Of a DNA stretch of 32,000 nucleotides, positions 1-8,510 are shown one piece after another. Below the pieces are notes generated by a model. That model made no database searches. It saw only the letters and a list, made by a program, of their open reading frames with translations, and had not been told where the DNA came from. How positions within the stretch are numbered: position 1 is the first letter of the stretch; each line of letters opens with the position of its first letter. The position numbers were made by a program, and so were the translations under genes. The DNA comes from Promethearchaeum syntrophicum (GTDB lineage Archaea > Asgardarchaeota > Lokiarchaeia > Sigyniarchaeales > Promethearchaeaceae): assembly GCF_008000775.2 (NCBI RefSeq), contig NZ_CP042905.2, positions 2,670,001 through 2,702,000 of the forward strand. The letters are read 5' to 3'.

Positions 1-558
1 ACCTTGATTTCGTATAACCCCTCCATGAATAGACAAAATAGCGTTATCTACAAAATCTCTATAAATTTCTTTCCCTTGTTCAGGTTTAATTCGCTCAATT
101 CGATACCCATCTGGTAAATTTTTCCATTTTTTTAGCATTTTCGGGTTAAATTCCAAAGATGGAATTGGATTGGCTTTAATATAATTAAATTTCGCGTAAA
201 ATTCATCTTTAAACGGATACAATGTAGAACAAACTATTCCTTTCTCATACATTTCTTGAAAAATTTCACGTATTAGTTGACGAATATGCCCTTTTCTTCG
301 TTTTTCAGGAGCACTAGTAAAGTTAGCAAATCCAACCATCGGTTTTAATACTCCACGAATATTTTGCTTAAATTCTATTGCTCGAACATTTCCGATGTGA
401 ACTTCATCTTCTAAAATTGAATAATATTCGTCTTTAAATTTTTCGAATTTTTCTTTAAATCGCTCAAGTGAACTCGTTGGATAATCATAACAAATTTGAA
501 GTAAATCGCAAATTTTATCCTTTTCATCCAAATCAGACTTTTTTATTACAATACTCAT
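1..558 (-). CDS. GNAT-family N-acetyltransferase, Eis-like (N-terminal 186 codons; gene continues past the left edge)
   Basis: Absent from the ORF track because it has no in-window stop. My minus-strand translation from ATG (complement of 556-558) stays open for all 186 codons: MSIVIKKSDLDEKDKICDLLQICYDYPTSS...KPMVGFANFTSAPEKRRKGHIRQLIREIFQEMYEKGIVCSTLYPFKDEFYAKFNY... It has an acetyl-CoA-loop-like RRKGHIRQL followed by S.LYPF..FY.KF.Y, the pattern I associate with Eis/COG4552 GNATs. Confidence 0.55.
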   Translation of the reverse strand, partial: MSIVIKKSDLDEKDKICDLLQICYDYPTSSLERFKEKFEKFKDEYYSILEDEVHIGNVRAIEFKQNIRGVLKPMVGFANFTSAPEKRRKGHIRQLIREIFQEMYEKGIVCSTLYPFKDEFYAKFNYIKANPIPSLEFNPKMLKKWKNLPDGYRIERIKPEQGKEIYRDFVDNAILSIHGGVIRNQG

Positions 559-670
559 ATTTTCTTCACGTTCAATGAATAGTAAATAATTTAAAATAGT
601 TTCTTATAAGATTTTCTGAACTAGAAATTTTAAAAAAAAAAGGTATTGGATGAGAATTTTAGTATAATTG

Positions 671-1705
671 TTATTGGAGACCAATATTTATATCTACTGA
701 TCCAACATTTGCATTTGCATTTATTTGCATGAGTTCCGCTAAAGAACTCGCAAATTCAGGAGATTCGTAATAACCAGTAACAAAATCCCAGTCATAGCGA
801 TTAAAATCTTCATCTCCAATATCAGCTTCTAAGGCAACTTGGTATTTCATCAATAAATCGGTAGCGACTATATCAATATCAATTTCGCCCACATCATTCT
901 CAACATTTATTATAACATCTGCACCTAACGAGATAGTTTGGGTCCATGCAAGATTAATTTCACCAGCATTTGAAGAGATATCCATAACAGTATTATTAAC
1001 AAGTTGAATATCAGCAAAATCTAAATTGACTGCACCAGCATTATTGGATGCTGAGAAAGCTCCATCAATCATCACATTATTTAAATTAATATTCATTTCT
1101 CCTGCATTGGATGTTAAAATGAAATCACTTTCAATATCGATCGAATCTAAATTAATATCTATTTGTCCTGCATTTGCATTGACTGAAAATTCATTAAAGG
1201 TAATATTATTTGCCTCAATTTCTATAGATCCTGCTTGTAAATCTACATTTAATCCATAAACTATATAATCTGGATTTAAATAAACTGTAAAATTCCAATT
1301 ATCAATATTGATAATTTCATTACTTGGATAATTAACATAAACTAATATTGAAAGAGTGTCGTTAACTGTTGTGTTAGATACACTAATTTCAATATCTTCT
1401 TCAATATCTTCCCGAATATTATAATTTACATCCCAATCGGCATCCAATAATTTTTGTGATCCTTGTGGTAGTAACCTAATATCATACTCTCCAACATCTG
1501 CTTGTACGTCTAGAGCAATTTCTGAGATATTAACATGGTTTGAGACCATTAAGTCATAACTCCCTTCTTGATTTTTGGGAGTGAGATTTCCTGCTGGCAA
1601 TGGACCGTAAAAGACAAAGTACCAAAATACAATGATACCAATGATACCAATTATTTTGATTATCGTTGGTATTCCGTTGCTTGATTTTTTATTATTTTCA
1701 CTCAT
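671..1705 (-). CDS. Signal-anchored surface protein built of beta-helix-like repeats (DUF4097 / putative-adhesin-like)
   Basis: 344-aa ORF with an N-terminal hydrophobic anchor (IPTIIKIIGIIGIIVFWYFVFYG). The C-terminal two thirds holds at least 6 degenerate repeats with a [SN]NAG[EAQ][IMV][ND][IL] core: ANAGQIDINL, SNAGEMNINL, NNAGAVNLDF, SNAGEINLAW, ENDVGEIDIDI, NANVGSVDINI. Confidence 0.6.
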   Translation of the reverse strand: MSENNKKSSNGIPTIIKIIGIIGIIVFWYFVFYGPLPAGNLTPKNQEGSYDLMVSNHVNISEIALDVQADVGEYDIRLLPQGSQKLLDADWDVNYNIREDIEEDIEISVSNTTVNDTLSILVYVNYPSNEIINIDNWNFTVYLNPDYIVYGLNVDLQAGSIEIEANNITFNEFSVNANAGQIDINLDSIDIESDFILTSNAGEMNINLNNVMIDGAFSASNNAGAVNLDFADIQLVNNTVMDISSNAGEINLAWTQTISLGADVIINVENDVGEIDIDIVATDLLMKYQVALEADIGDEDFNRYDWDFVTGYYESPEFASSLAELMQINANANVGSVDINIGLQ

Positions 1706-1996
1706 TATGTTTCACTATTTTAGTGCTAATATTATGAAACGAAGGATAGTATCTAAAAATAGTTTAGACCGATTTTTAGCAATTTCTTCTAAAACAATAA
1801 AATTCAGTGATTCATTAAAATGAAAAAAAAAATGTAATTTGGAATCTTGAATCATAAAAGAATAGATTTAAATTAAAGAAAGATAGAAAAAGAAAAATTA
1901 ATAAAAAAAAAGACCGTTAAGAGAAACAGAGGTTTTCTACACCACTGGTGCAAAAATGTAAATCTCTCCATTTAATCTTCACTATTGTTATTTTAA

Positions 1997-2848
1997 TCAC
2001 TCATTATTTCCCATGATTTTATTCCACATCTTAGGAAACAGTAATACAATTCCTACCAAAAGGCTGACAACTGGACCCATGATAAACATGGAGAACGTAG
2101 CGTCTAAGTTTGCAAAGAACATTGAATAGAAAGCTAAGGGAAAACCTGAGAAAATTGCCAAAAATGCAGCTCCTAATCCAACAGTTCGCACCAAATCTTT
2201 CCTTTTGGAAAGAAATAGACCCACAACCGTAATTCCGAAAAGAAGGGATGCTATCATATTCGTTGGCATAGTGAGCATATACATACTTGCCTCTCCATAA
2301 TCGGGTAATCGATTTACCATTCTGGTAGTGGCTGCTATCCCATTGATAAATTCAAGAATAAATGCCATACCAATAAGCAAACCAAGCCATGCTTTACTTC
2401 TAGATACTTTTCCTTTACTTCTTACAAGATAGAAGTACATTAATAAATTAGGGAAAAAGATCAAAAACCAAGGACCTGGTATCGCAGCTTTACTTTCCAT
2501 AGCGGGAATATTTGGCCAAAAACTAGCAAAAAGGGAAATAATTACAGCGATTACGCTGACAGGATAAGTCCACTTCATTTTCTGAAAATAACCCACACCC
2601 GCTACTAACCATAATATCCCTCCTATAATACCGATACACGCAAAAGCTGGTATGAAAAAGGGAGCTGTCGCAGCGCATTCTTGGGCGGCGTCGGTTTCTG
2701 CTGCTAAAATATCTCCTAAATAACGAAAGATGAAATAATAGGAAAGGAATATCCCTCCCACACCAAATATAAGTGAGATAAATCCCATGAGTCCATCATT
2801 TTTTGTACTAATATTTGTTTCTTCAGTTAATTTTGTTTCTTCAGTCAT
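1997..2848 (-). CDS. Polytopic integral membrane protein, function unknown
   Basis: 287-aa ORF with about 8 hydrophobic helices. The track start at 2860 is TTG, so I prefer the in-frame ATG four codons later (MTEETKLTEE...). No family recognised. Confidence 0.6.
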   Translation of the reverse strand: MTEETKLTEETNISTKNDGLMGFISLIFGVGGIFLSYYFIFRYLGDILAAETDAAQECAATAPFFIPAFACIGIIGGILWLVAGVGYFQKMKWTYPVSVIAVIISLFASFWPNIPAMESKAAIPGPWFLIFFPNLLMYFYLVRSKGKVSRSKAWLGLLIGMAFILEFINGIAATTRMVNRLPDYGEASMYMLTMPTNMIASLLFGITVVGLFLSKRKDLVRTVGLGAAFLAIFSGFPLAFYSMFFANLDATFSMFIMGPVVSLLVGIVLLFPKMWNKIMGNNE

Positions 2849-3161
2849 TTTTGTTATCAATCCGTTGTTAATTTAATATTTAAGAATTATCCTTAACTAT
2901 AACATACTTTTGAATAATCTTTCAAAAAAGAACGAAATCGAAAATTGAGATCGTTATGCTTTAAGATTAGCTGCAATCCATATAAATATTCATCTTTTCC
3001 AAAGAAATCTTAAAAATTATTCACGATAGCATGGTTCCGACTTATTAAAAGACATTTAGTCATCAACGTGATAATATATAAATGGTTCTTTTTTTTCCCC
3101 TAGTTCCTCATGGGGCTCGCGTCATGTGATGTTTGATTAAAAAATAGAAAATAATATCTTT

Positions 3162-3836
3162 TCAATTTCTGATCTTCTTAGTTGTTTCCTTCTTGAAATC
3201 GAAAGCATTTAGATAATTTTCACCCAATTTTTGGGTAATTCGCCGAATATTACCTGACAATGCCGTTGCAGAGATTCCAAAGTCTTTTGCGAAATCACTT
3301 AATGAGATTCTTCGCGGAATTTCAAAAAATCCGTTTGCTAACGCTTTAGTTAGAATTTCTGATTGTCGAGGAGTCAAAATCGTATTTGCACAATATTGCC
3401 CAATCTGTTTGATAGAAATTTCCAGTTTTTTCCAATTTGAATTATTAAACATTTGTTCAATTTTAACACGGGATGCAATTAATTCAAATAGAGCGATCCC
3501 ATCATGAATAATAATGGGAAAGTGAAGAACCGCTTGAGCTTCCACTATCATATTGAGGACCCATGTCTCTTCCATAACAATATTTAGAGCGATTGATTTT
3601 TCATCTTTGAAAATTAGGTTGTAATTTTTCGCTTCATAAAACTGAACAAAATTCTCCCAAAATTGTTTTATATTTGTGCCTTCTATTTGGAGAAGGCAAT
3701 ACCCTTGATTTTTAGAGATAGGGAGCATGGAGAGCAACCTGAATTGCAATAAAGGATAAGATCGACTAAAATTTGCCAACCATTTATCAGTGGGAATTGG
3801 GAATGTGAATTTCACTTGGATAGTATCATCATTCAT
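3162..3836 (-). CDS. HTH_10 (Bat-type) DNA-binding transcriptional regulator
   Basis: The C-terminus LTPRQSEILTKALANGFFEIPRRISLSDFAKDFGISATALSGNIRRITQKL matches the bacterio-opsin-activator-type HTH (LT.RQ.e.L..A...GYf..PR...l.elA..lgis.s....lRra..kl). This fold is typical of archaeal regulators. Confidence 0.75.
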   Translation of the reverse strand: MNDDTIQVKFTFPIPTDKWLANFSRSYPLLQFRLLSMLPISKNQGYCLLQIEGTNIKQFWENFVQFYEAKNYNLIFKDEKSIALNIVMEETWVLNMIVEAQAVLHFPIIIHDGIALFELIASRVKIEQMFNNSNWKKLEISIKQIGQYCANTILTPRQSEILTKALANGFFEIPRRISLSDFAKDFGISATALSGNIRRITQKLGENYLNAFDFKKETTKKIRN

Positions 3837-4463
3837 TCTAAATTATAATTCGTTTTTAATGCATAAAATATCTATCATCTATCGATTCTCTATCTACCCT
3901 TTGGATAAAAATTTTTTATCGGAGTATTTTCGGTCAAATATATCATGGAACATTACAATTTCTCCCCGTCAAAATATAATAAAAAATACAATTACAAATC
4001 TTCAAGATTAACAAATTATAAAATACTCTTGGCAAAAACCAAAAGGCTGGTTTTTTATATCTTAATAGCCAAATACAAGATAAATTAATTTCACAATAAA
4101 CTCATTATTTCTTCTTAATATCGGTAGCTTTTTCTTCATATTTAGGCTCCCATTAAAGCTTACACTCAGAAATAACCCCACAAATCAGTGTTTTTGGCTT
4201 ATCAAGTTCTCCTAAACTTCAAGCTTCTGAAAAAATGAGAAAACGAGTTGAAATCCATACTCCAGAAGAATGGGCAATAATGAGAGGTCCAGGTGGTGAT
4301 CAATAACACACGAAGATCGACAAGATTTAAGAATTAATGAATTAACGAAAAAATAAAAGAAAAAAAAGAAAAAAAAAGGGTAAAAAAGATATATGTAATA
4401 AAAATGAGAAAATTGGGATTGTAATTTGGTTTTAGTTTGAAGCATTTTATTTTTCTGCGATTT

Positions 4464-5174
4464 TTACGATTTAAGATATTCCATCATCATTTTAAGCGGC
4501 ATTCCGAAGGCTAAGAAATGATAAGGTTTTTCAATATCGGGAAAATTTGTCTCCTCTTCTGCTGTTGCTTCATTGAATTTATCTCGCAATTCATTCATCA
4601 TCTCTCGCATTAGATCATGAGATTTCTGACTATTATATGCAATGATATTGTAAATATCCTTCTTTTTGAACATATGGTGATAATCGGGGGTTTGATCCGG
4701 GTTCAATTCATAAATTCTTTCAAGAATTTGTATCGCTCGCTCATCAGGTCCATCAATTCCCGAACGGAGAAGTTTATCAAAAAAAGCCAATTGGGTTTCT
4801 AAAGTCTTTACAAATAACTTAGTTTTCATAATGTTTTCTCTTAAGAACTCTTTTCCAAATTCTTTATCGAATTTTGTTTTTTTGATACACTTCTCATCTT
4901 CTTCACAGGAAAATATCCTTTTATCATAACCCTTTTTAAACCCATAGATCTTAGCCTTTATATTACCTCGGACTTGCAATTCTTCTTTAACTTCGATAAT
5001 TTCTCTTAGTAGAAGGTCTTTTATATAAGGATGTAGTGTAGATTTCGATTTACCTAGTTTAATTGCGAGTTCACTTAAAGATAGTTTAGAATACATTGAA
5101 AATAGACCCCATAATTGAAAGTTAATTTTAGACTTAAACAAATCATCCTTTTTTTTCTTGTTTTCGTTGTTCAA
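4464..5174 (-). CDS. Winged-helix (ArsR/MarR-like) transcriptional regulator with a long helical C-terminal domain
   Basis: The N-terminal segment LWGLFSMYSKLSLSELAIKLGKSKSTLHPYIKDLLLREIIEVKEE...IYGF has the helix-turn-helix plus wing layout. The remaining roughly 150 aa are predicted helical and not recognised. Confidence 0.6.
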   Translation of the reverse strand: MNNENKKKKDDLFKSKINFQLWGLFSMYSKLSLSELAIKLGKSKSTLHPYIKDLLLREIIEVKEELQVRGNIKAKIYGFKKGYDKRIFSCEEDEKCIKKTKFDKEFGKEFLRENIMKTKLFVKTLETQLAFFDKLLRSGIDGPDERAIQILERIYELNPDQTPDYHHMFKKKDIYNIIAYNSQKSHDLMREMMNELRDKFNEATAEEETNFPDIEKPYHFLAFGMPLKMMMEYLKS

Positions 5175-5366
5175 ATGATTATCACATCAAAAGTTAGTTT
5201 TTTTTTATTCATTTTTTTCTATATTAATTATATAATATAATTACGGATATTTAATGTTTTTTTAAAAACATTTATATATTTGTGTTCGTTTTAATATATT
5301 AATTACGAACGTTAATTCTCAAACATTCATTCTGAGAACAAAAATCGTAAGAATGGTGAAAAAAAA

Positions 5367-5465
5367 ATGAAAAAAATAAATAAAAAAAAACATATGTCAA
5401 AACTCGAAAAAGCGAAGGATGAATATTTTAGGAAATCAGCAACAGGCTATTACTTAAATTTCTAA
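5367..5465 (+). CDS. Micro-ORF A, 32 aa: MKKINKKKHMSKLEKAKDEYFRKSATGYYLNF
   Basis: Hand translation; below the ORF-track size cutoff. Its C-terminal 15 aa are paralogous to micro-ORF B, including a 27-nt identical core at 5433-5459. An alternative start is the internal ATG at 5394. A TATA-like tttatatatt lies at 5271-5280. Confidence 0.45.
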   Translation: MKKINKKKHMSKLEKAKDEYFRKSATGYYLNF

Positions 5466-5536
5466 ATTTTTTTTAATTTGGTTTACCAAGTAAATCAACA
5501 AACAAAAACACAAAAAATAATCAGGAGAATCGGAAA

Positions 5537-5620
5537 ATGAAACAATCAGAAACAAAACTCGCAAATGTAAAAGATGAATACTATTTAAAATCAGCAACAG
5601 GCTATTACTTAAATTATTAA
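5537..5620 (+). CDS. Micro-ORF B, 27 aa: MKQSETKLANVKDEYYLKSATGYYLNY
   Basis: Hand translation. AGGAGA (5523-5528) lies 8 nt upstream of the ATG. It shares KDEY[FY].KSATGYYLN[FY] with micro-ORF A. Differences from A are synonymous or Phe/Tyr swaps, apart from one Arg/Leu change. Confidence 0.5.
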   Translation: MKQSETKLANVKDEYYLKSATGYYLNY

Positions 5621-5670
5621 ATATTTTTTAAACAAAAATCAATTTATAGAAAAAAAGGTGAATAAAAAAA

Positions 5671-5754
5671 ATGAAAAGAAGGCATATAAAAACCAAAGAA
5701 GGGCTTTTTTCCCAAAGATTTGAATCTAGGAGAATAGTTGTCAACTTAGAATAG
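5671..5754 (+). CDS. Micro-ORF C, 27 aa, basic: MKRRHIKTKEGLFSQRFESRRIVVNLE
   Basis: Hand translation. AGGTGA (5655-5660) lies 10 nt upstream of the ATG. It is on the same strand as A and B, directly downstream of them. No paralog or motif supports it. Confidence 0.25.
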   Translation: MKRRHIKTKEGLFSQRFESRRIVVNLE

Positions 5755-5910
5755 CCAGAGTTTTCAAGAAATGAAATTCACATCCAGAAACTATAATCCA
5801 ATTAATAACTATCATCTAATCTTCTAAAATTCACAATTTTTTTTTTCCAACGAATCCAACTATTATTATTTTTAATGAATAATTTATTATTAGCGATATT
5901 TTGATTCTAA

Positions 5911-6402
5911 TTAAACTTTAAACCCAAACCATGGATCTCCAATTAAATCACTCTCAAAAATTTTGCGATCTTCATCATCTTTAATTTTGGATGCAGCTTC
6001 TTTAGCTAACTTCAGATATTTAACAAAATCGGCTTTATTCTCATCGCATGCAGCAGCCCTGGCACATGCTTCATAAGCATATGCTAAATCAAAGTCCAAT
6101 ATATTATTTTTTTCACATAATTGAAGACATTTTTTTGAGTAATTTAAAGCAAGATCAGGATACTTGACTACAGAATAAACTCTTGATAACATCCACAGCC
6201 CTCTTATCTCATGAATTAGCGTTCCAGCAAATTTCCAGTGTAGTTTTGATGCATGAGCAGAATTTATCATTTGCACCTTATCTTCATCAGATTTTTCTTG
6301 TTTTTCTAAAATTTCCCAAACAATATTATTAAATTTCTTTGCAAAATACTTATGCGCCACATTTTCATCGAATTCAATTTGATTTTTGTTCATATTTTTC
6401 AA
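5911..6402 (-). CDS. Conserved hypothetical all-helical (TPR-like) protein
   Basis: 163-aa ORF with a clean ATG. Segments such as AHASKLHW...IRGLWMLSRVY and AYAYEACARAAA resemble an uncharacterised helical family I have seen in prokaryotes but cannot name. Confidence 0.6.
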   Translation of the reverse strand: MKNMNKNQIEFDENVAHKYFAKKFNNIVWEILEKQEKSDEDKVQMINSAHASKLHWKFAGTLIHEIRGLWMLSRVYSVVKYPDLALNYSKKCLQLCEKNNILDFDLAYAYEACARAAACDENKADFVKYLKLAKEAASKIKDDEDRKIFESDLIGDPWFGFKV

Positions 6403-6508
6403 TTTTTATTAGAATTTTAATCTTAAAAATGTTATCGAATTATTTATTTATATAATTTGCTTCTATCTTTCAAAATAAATAATTAAGATTACGAAAATAT
6501 CAAAAAGA

Positions 6509-6639
6509 AAGGCAATTTAGGGGACAACGCACCAATCTGATGCGTAAAAAGAGGACCTCCATAAAGAAGGTAAATCAAGCTACCTCACGTAGAGATAGCA
6601 TCCAAAAAGACAAAATAATTAATCCCCTTAAATTGCCTT
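6509..6639. ncRNA. Candidate structured small RNA (class unknown)
   Basis: A GC-richer island in a 577-nt AT-rich intergenic gap. The closing stem pairs aaGGCAATTTAGGGGA (6509-6524) with TCCCCtTAAATTGCCtt (6623-6639), giving 14-16 bp with one bulged T. Internal hairpins are ACGCA-ccaatctga-TGCGT (6527-6545) and AGGTA-aatcaagc-TACCT (6568-6585). A palindromic TATA-like tttttatataaaaa (6656-6669) is centred about 24 nt from the 6639 end, which fits a minus-strand transcript. T-rich tracts follow the stem on both strands. Confidence 0.4.
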
Positions 6640-6979
6640 ATTCTCTTTTAATCAGTTTTTATATAAAAATCTATGGTCTATAGATAATTACTGTTCAATA
6701 GAACAAATATTAATCTCTTCAAAAAAATTGATTCAAAATACGATAATTTTAAGGTTTTTTAGAGAATTATGTAAATATTTAAAAATCAAAATTCTGAATT
6801 TTTATCATATAATCTTCTAGTATTGCACCACTTGGCCTTATCAGAAGCATTATTATATCACATCTATAATTTTAGGGTAGTTTCCTTTTATTTCTTAAAT
6901 TCTTAGCAAATTATTAGAATGTCCTTAAAATTAAATAGGTTTAAAAATATCTTTATAGTATTGTTTTTGTCGAAGAATT

Positions 6980-7546
6980 ATGCAAATAAAATCAAAATAT
7001 ATTCAGAATTGGGATAATGTAGACTCATCTAGAGGTAAAGACGTCTCAAAAATCCCCCTTATCCATATCATTGGTTATATAGGTGCGGGTAAATCGACAT
7101 TTATTAAGAAATATCTTAGGAAATATCCAACATTTGATATAAAGGAAATATATCAGAAGAATTTTTTTACTCCGAAAGATTTATTGGAAAATCCTAGAAA
7201 ATATTCACAATTTCAATCCGCATTAGATTATTCATTTTCTCAATTTTATAAAAAACTTGAAATTAATCATATCCCAATTGGGATCGTGGAATCATCAGGA
7301 ATAAATCGAGCCCTAAATAACATTTTAAGAAGGTTTTTTGTTTATAGAATATGGATTATTCCATTTAATTTGAATCAATTTGAAACACAAATTTATAAAG
7401 AAAGACCCTACGCTAAAGAATTAAATAGCGATCTTAAAGTAAAATTTAAACAAAATAAAATTCCATTCAATAATCAATATAACTTTATCGAAGACAGTTT
7501 CATGAAGGATTTACCTGCAATTTTTACAATATTTTTCAAACTATAA
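6980..7546 (+). CDS. Small P-loop NTPase / kinase-fold protein
   Basis: Walker A motif GYIGAGKSTF sits after a beta-strand (LIHIIG). A Walker-B-like hydrophobic strand ends in an acidic residue (PIGIVESSG). Its size of 188 aa is typical of nucleotide or small-molecule kinases. No closer assignment is possible. Confidence 0.65.
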   Translation: MQIKSKYIQNWDNVDSSRGKDVSKIPLIHIIGYIGAGKSTFIKKYLRKYPTFDIKEIYQKNFFTPKDLLENPRKYSQFQSALDYSFSQFYKKLEINHIPIGIVESSGINRALNNILRRFFVYRIWIIPFNLNQFETQIYKERPYAKELNSDLKVKFKQNKIPFNNQYNFIEDSFMKDLPAIFTIFFKL

Positions 7547-7564
7547 CTGTGTGGGTTTCTATTT

Positions 7565-7674
7565 CCTTTCTACGACATTATAAAATATAAGAAATCAATT
7601 GGGGATAAGTGTCTCTGATCCTTTATATAATGATAAATCGATTATTTAGTAAACACAGTAAAATGTGAAGAATC
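7565..7674 (+). promoter_or_regulatory. Conserved upstream leader/promoter block, copy 1 (two TATA-like boxes)
   Basis: About 110 nt directly upstream of the ATG at 7675 aligns without large gaps to 8511-8621. It contains cattataaaatataagaaat, ggggataagtgtNtctgat, ctttatata (7621-7629), cgattatttagt and taaaatgtgaa. Confidence 0.55.
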
Positions 7675-8361
7675 ATGAAAAACACAAATAAAATTGTTCT
7701 GTTGAGCATTATAGGATTTTTGCTCATTGGGTCATACTTAACCTTAGGTACAGCACAAGAACCACCAGTTAACCCTCCAATTGACATTGGCGAAAATCAA
7801 TATGAAGGTTCAATTGCTGGAAATGAAACCAGTCAGTTTACTTTCCAACATAAATTCCGATTTAACATAACGACCAATGCATCATTAAATCTCGACATGG
7901 ATGTTGATGTTGATAGTACTGGCAATCGAGAATTTAAATTAGAAATTCAAACTCAAGAACAAGCAGAGCTAACAATTAGAATTAATGGATCCGATGAAAG
8001 TCTTGGACTAAAAAATGGAAGCCAAATACAAGTAAGAAACGGAAGCCGATACAGATATCAAGAACGATTTCGACTTAATATTTCTTGTAATGGAACGGTT
8101 CAGGCAAATTTGTCAGTTAATACTAATGATCCAAAGGCTCAATGGGCTTACTATGATGGAGTAGACGGAGAATCTATGGGAGAATGGGTAACCGTTCCAT
8201 CATCATACCAAAATGGAGTATTAACAGCAGAAACATCCCATTTCTCGGTTTGGACAGTGCTAACCTTAGAAGAAGATTCAATTCCATCATATCCTCTAAT
8301 TGGATTAATATCAGTTGGTAGCATAATGGGATTATTGTTTATTGCTAAAAGGAAAAAATAA
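7675..8361 (+). CDS. Secreted, C-terminally anchored surface (glyco)protein, paralog 1
   Basis: Signal peptide MKNTNKIVLLSIIGFLLIGSYLTLGTAQ. There are 9 N-x-S/T sequons. The C-terminal module is AQWAYYD...EWVTVPSSYQNGVLTAETSHFSVWTVL. The extreme C-terminus SYPLIGLISVGSIMGLLFIAKRKK reads as motif, then TM, then basic tail. Confidence 0.8.
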   Translation: MKNTNKIVLLSIIGFLLIGSYLTLGTAQEPPVNPPIDIGENQYEGSIAGNETSQFTFQHKFRFNITTNASLNLDMDVDVDSTGNREFKLEIQTQEQAELTIRINGSDESLGLKNGSQIQVRNGSRYRYQERFRLNISCNGTVQANLSVNTNDPKAQWAYYDGVDGESMGEWVTVPSSYQNGVLTAETSHFSVWTVLTLEEDSIPSYPLIGLISVGSIMGLLFIAKRKK

Positions 8362-8510
8362 AATCAAAAATACAAAGTAATTACCCTTTTTTTTATCTTT
8401 TTTTTTCTTATGTTTTTAGGTCATAATTTTTTCTTAAAAAATTATCTCTTTCTTTTATTCTGTAAATTATCCCCAAACGATTCTTTAATTTTTTAATACA
8501 TTATTCTTTT

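Noticed and set aside
3126-3172. Possible C/D-box sRNA: GTGATGT (3126-3132) and CTGA (3169-3172).
   Set aside because: No convincing internal D' and C' boxes at the expected spacing. The C box is imperfect. The putative D box overlaps the stop region of the 3162..3836 gene.
4235-4306. GC-richer mini-ORF MRKRVEIHTPEEWAIMRGPGGDQ (plus strand).
   Set aside because: No Shine-Dalgarno-like sequence, no paralog and no recognisable motif. A single 23-codon ORF in a 627-nt spacer is within chance expectation.
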